In this document: positions 56,974 to 64,000 of the stretch, piece by piece | Layout of the letters: each line of letters starts with the position of its first letter | Position numbering within the stretch: the first letter of the stretch is position 1 | DNA from: Nannocystales bacterium | GTDB taxonomy: Bacteria; Myxococcota_A; Polyangia; Nannocystales; Nannocystaceae | Length of the DNA stretch: 64,000 nt | NCBI GenBank assembly: GCA_050633305.1 | Contig: JBOEGF010000024.1 | Span: 224,001 to 288,000 of the forward strand | Direction: 5' to 3' | Program-made: the position numbers and the translations under genes | Notes under the pieces: generated by a model | Told to the model about the DNA's origin: nothing | Seen by the model: only the letters and a program-made list of their open reading frames with translations | The model's database searches: none

Positions 56974-57521
56974 GAGCCCGCCTCCTCGACTTGCGCCGCC
57001 GCGTCGACCGTGGCCAGCGCGTCTGCTTCCGACAGAGGGTCACCAAACGCGGGACGGGTCTTCCCCAGCGCGACGACCGTGTTCCCCCGGACCTCGAGTT
57101 CGATCCGCGCAAGGTTGGAGCACGCCCGGCCGTGGACCAGCCGGCCGTCGTTGCGGAGGCTGAACAAACTCTGGTGGCAGGAGCACGGACCGAAGTGTCC
57201 GGTCTCGGGGTCTGCCGCGGAGGGGTCGATCGGACAGCCCATGTGTGGACACAGCGTCGAGTAGGCGACGATGTTCTGGTCGGGGCCGACACCATGCTGC
57301 GCCGGGCCCCGGAGCTTCACGGCGAAACACAGCGGACCGTGCCCGAGGCTGAACGCGATTGGGGTTCCGTCGTCGAGTTCATCGAGTTCTGCAACGCGGA
57401 TGATCTCGTCGGTTGTCCCGTCGGTGCCGCACGCTGCTGCGAGCAGTGCCGAGGGGGCGATGAGCGCCGCTCGGCCGAGGGAACGACGGGAGATGTGTTT
57501 TGACTCGTGAGCCTTGGACAT
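56970..57521 (-). CDS. Rieske 2Fe-2S small subunit, AioB/IdrB-related, Tat lipoprotein-like
   Basis: ISRRSL...LAAAC; GVGPDQNIVAYS; CPHMGC and GPCSCH; ATGA overlap with the large subunit. Start ATG 57521. Confidence 0.9.
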   Translation of the reverse strand: MSKAHESKHISRRSLGRAALIAPSALLAAACGTDGTTDEIIRVAELDELDDGTPIAFSLGHGPLCFAVKLRGPAQHGVGPDQNIVAYSTLCPHMGCPIDPSAADPETGHFGPCSCHQSLFSLRNDGRLVHGRACSNLARIELEVRGNTVVALGKTRPAFGDPLSEADALATVDAAAQVEEAGS

Positions 57522-58268
57522 CGACGCTTCCGACGACGAAGTAAGAGGGAGTTGAGAATGAGGTGCCACTGAACTTCGGGGCCTCGGCTCCATCGCGGCG
57601 GCGGGTTTACAGCATCGGAGACCGAGTCTGGGCGTGCGGATCTCCTGGACGACCGAGCTGCAATACGCTCGGCAGGCCGGGGCCCCTCAGCCCCCGAACC
57701 ACCGCCTACAAGGCCCTAGGTGTACGTGCTCTCGCGCGCAACCGCGCACCGCTCAGCCGCCGATGCGAGACATCTCTCAGACCCCGTCATCGGGAAGGGC
57801 CTGGTGCCGGCGGGCTGGATTGGCCGCGCGTCATTGGCGCGGCCAGGCTCGATGTGGGCTGTGTTTCTCTTTTCATCCGCCGTCGCGCAGGGTCCGCAAC
57901 CGCCGGCCACAGGGCAACCAGGCTCGTAGACAGGTCGTGAACGGCTGTTCGGCTCCCTCGTGGACCCGGGAGGCCCAGGCCCACGACGTGCGGGGGCGTG
58001 CTGTACGCGGTGCGTGATGACCGCGGAACCCGGGCGACCGGTCGAGGTACGGGCCGCCTCAATCGTCGAGCACTGGAGGGAGCCGGCGGAGTGGACGGGC
58101 CATCGGCCGGTGTTGCAGGCAAACCAGCCTTGGCTCTAGGCCGCGCGCTCATCCGGCGCGGGTGTGGGTTTGCGGGCCGACAGGGCCGGCCGACCCCGGG
58201 AGCAACGACCCGACTCACATCGTGCTGGGTTCGAGCGCCTCCGGCATGGCCCAGCCGAGGTCCGGAAC

Positions 58269-58946
58269 TCAATCCGAGTTCGCGGAGAGGTACTCCTCGA
58301 GCGTCACCGGAGACTCGAGGACGAAGGTCTTGCCGCTGCGCTTCATGGCTTGGATGCTGTCGACTCGGAAGTTCCGGAAGTCTCCACGGAGCTCACACCA
58401 CGCGCCCAGGGACCAGTGTCGTCCCCAAAAGAAGAGGCCCAGGGGACGAACGTGGCGGTGCGTGAGCGCATCGGTTCGGTCGAGGTAGCTCAACTCGAGG
58501 ACTTCGCGGCGGTCGATTGCGCTGCGTAGGGGCCCCAGTCGCTTCCGGGCCTCCTTGGGAACGTGGAACGAGATCGCGTGCATCGAGGTCGCGTGCACAC
58601 GGGGTCGCTGGCTTGCCGGGAGGGCGGCCTCGACCTTCTCGAGAGCGCTCCGGGCCGCGCCACGGAGCTCGGCGTCGGCCCAGCTCTCGACCATGCGGGC
58701 ACCCAAGACGAGCGCCTGAACCTCCGCGTGGGTGAACATCATCGGTGGAAGCTCGAAGTCCTTGCCCAGCCGATACCCCACGCCGGCCTCGCCCTGGACC
58801 GGGACGCCCGAGCCGGTCAGGTCCTTGATGTCGCGGTACACGGTGCGCTCGGAAACATCCAAGCGCTCGGCGAGCATGGCGGCCGTGGTGAGGCGGCGGT
58901 GCTGGAGGATCTGAATGATCTGAAAGAGCCGATCCGCGCGGCGCAT
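58269..58946 (-). CDS. HTH-WYL transcriptional regulator (YafY-like)
   Basis: MRRADRLFQII, LAERLDVSERTVYRDI, GEAGVGY, WSLGAWCELRGDFRNFRVD. Start ATG 58946. Confidence 0.93.
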   Translation of the reverse strand: MRRADRLFQIIQILQHRRLTTAAMLAERLDVSERTVYRDIKDLTGSGVPVQGEAGVGYRLGKDFELPPMMFTHAEVQALVLGARMVESWADAELRGAARSALEKVEAALPASQRPRVHATSMHAISFHVPKEARKRLGPLRSAIDRREVLELSYLDRTDALTHRHVRPLGLFFWGRHWSLGAWCELRGDFRNFRVDSIQAMKRSGKTFVLESPVTLEEYLSANSD

Positions 58947-59043
58947 CTGGTCAACCGTTGCGCCGTGGCCGGAAAAAGTCCAGCGGTGGAGCTTGCAGCG
59001 AGCGCGCCGAAAAACCCGGACGAGGGCTGATAGCCTGCTGCGT

Positions 59044-60021
59044 GTGCGGACGTTGACAGCAATCGGAGTCCTTCTGGCTGTGGCGTGCTCGGCCGGCGGT
59101 GCCCCACAACTTGCAACGAGGCCGTCTTCGGCACCCGATGCTGCGCCGGCTTCGTCGGCCCCGCTCGCTCCCCCCACGGCAGGTGCTGCCGCGGAGCCTC
59201 GGCCGCTGCCGGTTGCGAGGAGCCCGGGACAGGGCTTTCGGGCCCCCGTCGTGGAGACGGTCCGGGTGACCACCACGACCGAGGTGCGGGTGATGCTCAA
59301 ACGTGCGGACGCGGTCGCGCCTTGGATGGGCACGGTCCGGTACACGGCCGAGCCCTACAGCCTGACCGGACGCCCGAGGAAGGGCGTGATTCGGGAGCGA
59401 GACGTCTTGGGGTCTCGACACGCCCTCGATCTCAACGGCGACGGTGACACGAAAGACCGGTTCGGCAGCGGGTGTGACGAGGCCGGGTTCTCGCTGGGCA
59501 AGACGCTTCGCCTCGACCCGGTGATGACGGGGCCCGCCGGGCAGCGGCGCTACGCGTACGCGGCCGACGACGGTCAGACTCGTATCGGGAGCTTGGGCAA
59601 TCGCGGTGCGTCGGCGATGCTCTACCTCGCGTGCGCCGACGATGGGACGGTGAGTCTCGGTTGGTCACCCCGGCCCATCGAGGTTCGCGAGATCGCAGGC
59701 CCGGCGCTGATGGTGTTGGCCTTTGGCAATCCCACGCTGGCTCCGTCGATCCCCACCGATGGGGTTTCGCGGACTCCCGAGCGCGACGGGCTGGCCGAGC
59801 AGCGCTTCGACATCGAGGTGTTTGAGCCGGTGGTCCAGCAGGCGCACTGGTATGCGGTCGCGGGCGCCATGGTGCAGGTCGATCCCGATGCCCAAGAACA
59901 AGAGATTCGGGTGTTCTTTGATGGCGACATCGAGCACGTTCAGATCGCGCTCAACGAGGGCAACGACGCAGTGGACCGGGCGCGGAGCTACGTCTCGACG
60001 CAGACCATTGGGTCCCGCTAG
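59044..60021 (+). CDS. Putative lipoprotein of unknown function
   Basis: LLAVAC lipobox; Pro/Ala linker; DLNGDGD Ca-binding-like loop. Start uncertain. Confidence 0.7.
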   Translation: MRTLTAIGVLLAVACSAGGAPQLATRPSSAPDAAPASSAPLAPPTAGAAAEPRPLPVARSPGQGFRAPVVETVRVTTTTEVRVMLKRADAVAPWMGTVRYTAEPYSLTGRPRKGVIRERDVLGSRHALDLNGDGDTKDRFGSGCDEAGFSLGKTLRLDPVMTGPAGQRRYAYAADDGQTRIGSLGNRGASAMLYLACADDGTVSLGWSPRPIEVREIAGPALMVLAFGNPTLAPSIPTDGVSRTPERDGLAEQRFDIEVFEPVVQQAHWYAVAGAMVQVDPDAQEQEIRVFFDGDIEHVQIALNEGNDAVDRARSYVSTQTIGSR

Positions 60022-62444
60022 CGGACGGCGAAGCTGACGCCTTCGAAGGCCGTCGCGAGGTTGGGATCTGCCGGACGGGCGTAGACCTCGTGGTCCCCGG
60101 GCCCCAGGCGAGCCAGGATTCGAAACGGGGCGGGGGACGCTCCGACCGACTCCCCGTCGACGATGAACTCGACCGTCTCAGGCTGCTGTTGCATGGGCCC
60201 TCGCCATGCGGCGGTGAGCTCGACGCGGTCCTCGTCCCGCCCGTCGTGCCCGAGCATGATCACGGCGCCGCGATTCGGGCTGGTCATGCTCAGGGTGGGG
60301 CGGCCGGGTGCCTCCGTGCAGTCGGCGACGTCGTGGGTTCGGACCCACGCAACCCCATGCGGGTCCACGCCCGGCGCTCCGGGACGGAGTGATTCGAGCC
60401 AGCTGTCGTAGGCGGGAGGGAACACGGCGACGACCGTGTCTCCATCCGGGGCGCAATGCAGACCCTCAGAGGTCTCGCGTACAGTCCTGTGGAGGGCGCA
60501 CGGTTCGGTGGGCGTCGCGTCCGAGGCGAAGCGTCGCGCAACCGAGTCTGGGCACGCGTCGGTCGCCACAGCCCCGGACAGCGAGCACACGTGGGCGACG
60601 TGAAGCGCGTCGCCCGGCCACAGGGGCCCCCGAGTTGCGACATCTTGCATGGCGCGGCGCATGAGGTCTGCGAACAGAGGGCCCGCACCGGAGCCGCCGG
60701 TGACCTTGTTCATGGGGGAGCCGTCGGCATTGCCCAGCCACACGACGACCGTGCGCTCGTGGGTGAATCCAGCCGTCCAAGCGTCGCGGTACCCTGAGCT
60801 GGTACCGGTCTTGAGCGCGAGCGGGTAGCCGATGTCGAACGGGCTGTGTCCTTGCAGCAGGCGCAGACGGGCGCCGGGGTCGGAGAGGGCTTCGACGACG
60901 GCCGCGGTTGCGCCCCGTGGGAGGACGCGTTGGGGAGCGGCGGAGGGGTCGCCTTCGCGGAGCCGGAGGTCGATCGCCTCACCGGTTCGGGCGAGCGTGA
61001 CGTAGGCACGGGCGACCTCGAGGGGGGTGACTTCGCCGCTTCCCAGTGCGACCGAGAGACCGTAGTGCTGCGCGGACCGATCGAGACTCTCGAATCCCAG
61101 CGCGAGCAGTCGATCCAGCAACACCCCGTCTCCTTGCGATGCGACGAGCTCCGAGGCCAACCGGACGACGGGGACGTTGAGGCTCGCGGCAAGGGCCTCG
61201 CGGGCGGAGATCGGGCCGAGGTACTCCCCGCTGAAGTTTCGCGGCGCATACACGCTCCCCCCGCCCTCGACGAACTCGGTCGGCACATCCGCGAGCATCT
61301 GTGAGCCATGGTGGCCGTGCTCGAAGGCCAGTCCGTAGATGAAGGGCTTGAGCGAGGACCCGGGCTGGCGGCGAGCACGGAGCATGTCCACCTGGCCCGC
61401 GATCTCGGGGTCGAAGAAGTCCGCGCTTCCGACGTAGGCCAGGACGTCGCCGGTCGAATTGTCGACGACAACGGCCGCCGCGTTGTCGACGGCGCGTTCC
61501 CGCATCTTGGTCATGTGGGTCTCGATGAGGCCTTCGACGTCGCGTTGAAGCGTGGCGTCGAGTGTTGTTCTCGTGCGCTCCCCATCGGCCAAACGTCGCT
61601 CGCCGTGGAGCATCTGAACGAAGTGCGGGGCCTCGAAGGCGTGTGAGAGCGGGCGCAGGACGATCGGCTCGTTGCGGGCCCGAAGCGCTGCGGGACTCGC
61701 CAGCAGCTCGGATTCTTCAAGCTGGTCCAACAGCGCGGCTTGGCGGAACTCCACCCGTTGCGGGTGTTGGTACGGGTCGAGGTACGACGGCGAGCGCGGC
61801 AGGACCGCGAGATAGCTGGCCTGGCCCCAACTCAAGTCCCGCGCATGGACGCCGAAATAGCCCTGCGCCGCAGCCTCGGGCCCAACCCAGCCGTGCCCAT
61901 ACGGGAGGCGGTGGAAGTAGGCTTCGAGAATGGTCTCCTTGGAGGCTTCGTCCTCGAGGTTTTGGGCGCGAGCGGCTTCGCGGAGTTTGACCGCGAGGGT
62001 GCGCTGTGCAGACGTCCCACGGGTGTCGAGGAGCTTGACGAGCTGCTGCGTCACCGTGCTGGCGCCGGAGATGACCTCACCGTGCCGAACGTTCTGTTCC
62101 ACGGCTCGCAGGATCGCGAGGCGGTCCACGCCGTCGTGGTCGATGAAGCGCGCGTCCTCGGCGGCCAACGTGGCGAGCACGAGCCGCTCCCCAACCTGGT
62201 CCAGCGGAATGGGACGGCCCCGTCTTCCATCCGCGGTGGGCAACTCCCGCAGGAGTTCACCGTTTCGGTCCTCGATGCGGTGACCGCTGTACCAGTCGTC
62301 CTCGAGCAACGACCCGGGGTCGCCCGCCTGCTGACGGTAGGTGTGCCAGCCGAGCCACGCCAAGACGGTCGTTAGCAGCATCACCAGGCTCAGTCGCCGT
62401 GCCCAACGACGACTGGGGAGAGGGCGAGCGACCGGGGTGTTCAT
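60018..62444 (-). CDS. pbpC: Penicillin-binding protein 1C
   Basis: Transglycosylase AEDARF..H.GVD and GASTVTQQL; transpeptidase GSSLK, SLN, KTGTS; PBP1C C-terminal domain; directly downstream of alpha-2-macroglobulin. Confidence 0.93.
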   Translation of the reverse strand: MNTPVARPLPSRRWARRLSLVMLLTTVLAWLGWHTYRQQAGDPGSLLEDDWYSGHRIEDRNGELLRELPTADGRRGRPIPLDQVGERLVLATLAAEDARFIDHDGVDRLAILRAVEQNVRHGEVISGASTVTQQLVKLLDTRGTSAQRTLAVKLREAARAQNLEDEASKETILEAYFHRLPYGHGWVGPEAAAQGYFGVHARDLSWGQASYLAVLPRSPSYLDPYQHPQRVEFRQAALLDQLEESELLASPAALRARNEPIVLRPLSHAFEAPHFVQMLHGERRLADGERTRTTLDATLQRDVEGLIETHMTKMRERAVDNAAAVVVDNSTGDVLAYVGSADFFDPEIAGQVDMLRARRQPGSSLKPFIYGLAFEHGHHGSQMLADVPTEFVEGGGSVYAPRNFSGEYLGPISAREALAASLNVPVVRLASELVASQGDGVLLDRLLALGFESLDRSAQHYGLSVALGSGEVTPLEVARAYVTLARTGEAIDLRLREGDPSAAPQRVLPRGATAAVVEALSDPGARLRLLQGHSPFDIGYPLALKTGTSSGYRDAWTAGFTHERTVVVWLGNADGSPMNKVTGGSGAGPLFADLMRRAMQDVATRGPLWPGDALHVAHVCSLSGAVATDACPDSVARRFASDATPTEPCALHRTVRETSEGLHCAPDGDTVVAVFPPAYDSWLESLRPGAPGVDPHGVAWVRTHDVADCTEAPGRPTLSMTSPNRGAVIMLGHDGRDEDRVELTAAWRGPMQQQPETVEFIVDGESVGASPAPFRILARLGPGDHEVYARPADPNLATAFEGVSFAVR

Positions 62445-64000
62445 GGTGTGACCACCACCGTCGCGTCTTTGGAGTACCCCGTGCTGTCGGGCTCGTACAT
62501 CAGCTCCGCCATGGCGGGCGGCACGGTGTATTGGCCGGGCGTCGTGGCTCGCATGGTGTACGTCCCCGCCACGTACTCGCCCCAGAACCGGTCGAAGTAC
62601 AGATGCACTCGGTCGTCGCGCATCTCGACGTAGCTCGCGTCCGCCGAGCCCCACTGCAGCAAGTTGTACATTGGGTGGGCGTCGGTGAGCTCGGCGGGTC
62701 GAGAGACCGTCCACAGATCTGGCTGGATCGGTTCGAATCCGGCTGGCAAGCGGTCGGTCATCGCCAGGTAGCCACGTCGGTCATGTTCGAGCTCGCTGGG
62801 CATGCGGGCCAAGAGCGCGACGCGGACGACCGTGCCCGGAGCGACCCCACTCATGTCGACGGGCTCCCCCTTGGCGGTGGTGTAGAGCCGGTAGACCTCG
62901 GGACCCTTGACGGCGGAGGTCTCCACCTGCGTGTCGCCGGCTGTGAAGGGGCGGCGCCATGCCGCCCCGACTTGGAACGAGACCGGAGTCTCCCCGGTCG
63001 TCTCGAGTCGGAGGACCGCATGGCGGCCGGCCACGTCCGCGAACGGGATGGTGAATGCCCCGGCGCCCGACCCCATGCTGGAAGACCCCTCCATCGTGGA
63101 GGTCAGCGGTACGCCGTCGAGGCGGGCCACAACACGAGCATCCTCGCCCTCATCGCTGACCACCTTCTCACGCAGGGCCAGCAGACCGAACGCCGTGGCT
63201 TGGGTTGTGTACGAACCCGTCTTGCGGACGAGCGCGTCGACCAGGGTTGGAATGAGCGTCGAGGTCGCCCGCAGTCGGACCAATGCGAGCGCGGCTTGGG
63301 CCTGGGTTCGGGTGGTCGAGCCGTAGTAGTAGAAGTCACTGTCCTCGTCCTTCTTCTTCGGGGAACCGTCGGCTTCGAATGCGGCCTCGACGGCGTCGAG
63401 GGCTTGGTTGACCTGGTCCTCGTGTCCTTCGAGGCTCGAGAGCGCCAACGCGACGGTCGCGGATCCAAACGGACCCTGGTTGGGCAGCGTGTCCACCAAC
63501 ATGTCTGCAGCCGACTCGGGGAGGGCCCCCGCTTCTGCGAGTGCGAGCGCGATCGAGGCTCGTTGCTCGACGTCGCGTCGCGCCGTGCTGCTGGTGTCGT
63601 CGAGGCGGCCTGCAAGGTACTCGGTGACCTCGTCGAGCAAGCCGGGGACTTCGATGCCCTGCTTCTTTGCCAGCGCGATCGCTCGTGCTGCGTAGGCTGT
63701 GCCATAGAGGTTGGGTTCGGTGCCGCCGGGCCAGTACGCCAGCCCACCGCTGCTGGTCTTCATGGTGGCCAGCCGCTTGAGACCTGCGAGTGCCATCGCA
63801 TCGATTTCCTCCTCACTGAACCGGAACAGGCCCAGTCGGGGGAGGACGTCACGCGCGGCAAGCAGCGGCAAGGTGGACGAGGTGGTCTGCTCGACACACC
63901 CGTGCGGATAGTCGATGAGGTACTCCAGTCGGCTGCCCAGCTCGGGCCACGCATGGTGCCCCATCGTGATCCTCAGGACGGCGTCGCGCGAGAGGTCGGT
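62441..64000 (-). CDS. Bacterial alpha-2-macroglobulin, C-terminal part (5' truncated by the window)
   Basis: YPHGCVEQ thioester motif, DRLPAGFE, RATTPGQYTVPPA, MYEP; frame open to the window edge. Confidence 0.93.
   Translation of the reverse strand, partial: TDLSRDAVLRITMGHHAWPELGSRLEYLIDYPHGCVEQTTSSTLPLLAARDVLPRLGLFRFSEEEIDAMALAGLKRLATMKTSSGGLAYWPGGTEPNLYGTAYAARAIALAKKQGIEVPGLLDEVTEYLAGRLDDTSSTARRDVEQRASIALALAEAGALPESAADMLVDTLPNQGPFGSATVALALSSLEGHEDQVNQALDAVEAAFEADGSPKKKDEDSDFYYYGSTTRTQAQAALALVRLRATSTLIPTLVDALVRKTGSYTTQATAFGLLALREKVVSDEGEDARVVARLDGVPLTSTMEGSSSMGSGAGAFTIPFADVAGRHAVLRLETTGETPVSFQVGAAWRRPFTAGDTQVETSAVKGPEVYRLYTTAKGEPVDMSGVAPGTVVRVALLARMPSELEHDRRGYLAMTDRLPAGFEPIQPDLWTVSRPAELTDAHPMYNLLQWGSADASYVEMRDDRVHLYFDRFWGEYVAGTYTMRATTPGQYTVPPAMAELMYEPDSTGYSKDATVVVTP

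Noticed and set aside
57522..57800. Moco riboswitch or confident sigma54 promoter upstream of the molybdoenzyme operon
   Set aside because: I could not see the riboswitch consensus by eye, and the TGGCAC box lacks the -12 GC. Kept only as a weak note.
60018..64000. Alpha-2-macroglobulin plus PBP1C as a novel system
   Set aside because: A well-known conserved pair with a canonical CxEQ thioester motif.

Overview
This is a gene-dense, GC-rich chromosomal segment. Its gene content points to a myxobacterium, probably Nannocystaceae/Plesiocystis-like (inference): eukaryote-type Ser/Thr kinases, an ECF sigma factor, TPR and PEGA proteins, Cys-rich Ser/Thr-linker lipoproteins, and a DUF1501 plus c-type heme lipoprotein pair. 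Recognisable genes are a TetR-MFP-RND efflux operon, greB, endonuclease V, a lipase, archaeal/eukaryote-type proS, an EAL protein, RNase HI, RadC, GlpD, a fused 2-oxoacid dehydrogenase E1, an RNase Z-like MBL hydrolase, an NDH-2-like flavoprotein, a WYL regulator and the alpha-2-macroglobulin/PBP1C pair. I saw no rRNA, tRNA, CRISPR array or transposase. The most interesting candidates are: (1) an arsenite-oxidase/iodate-reductase-family molybdoenzyme plus Rieske pair in which both subunits carry twin-arginine signals, the AioA substrate motif is altered, and no ars/aio regulators or idrP peroxidases lie nearby; (2) a lipoprotein thioredoxin resembling eukaryotic ERp18/TXNDC12, in an operon with an S55 peptidase and a beta-propeller protein; (3) a candidate lipoprotein glycosylation system (two GT-C-like membrane proteins, a polyprenol-phosphate GT2, a Glf-like flavoprotein, a deacetylase and Ser/Thr-rich lipoproteins); (4) a soluble pseudokinase; (5) recurring kinase plus TPR/PEGA modules sharing a C-terminal GxF motif; (6) a structured intergenic element at 10.75-10.90 kb. 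All family calls come from motifs recognised by eye; no database searches were run.
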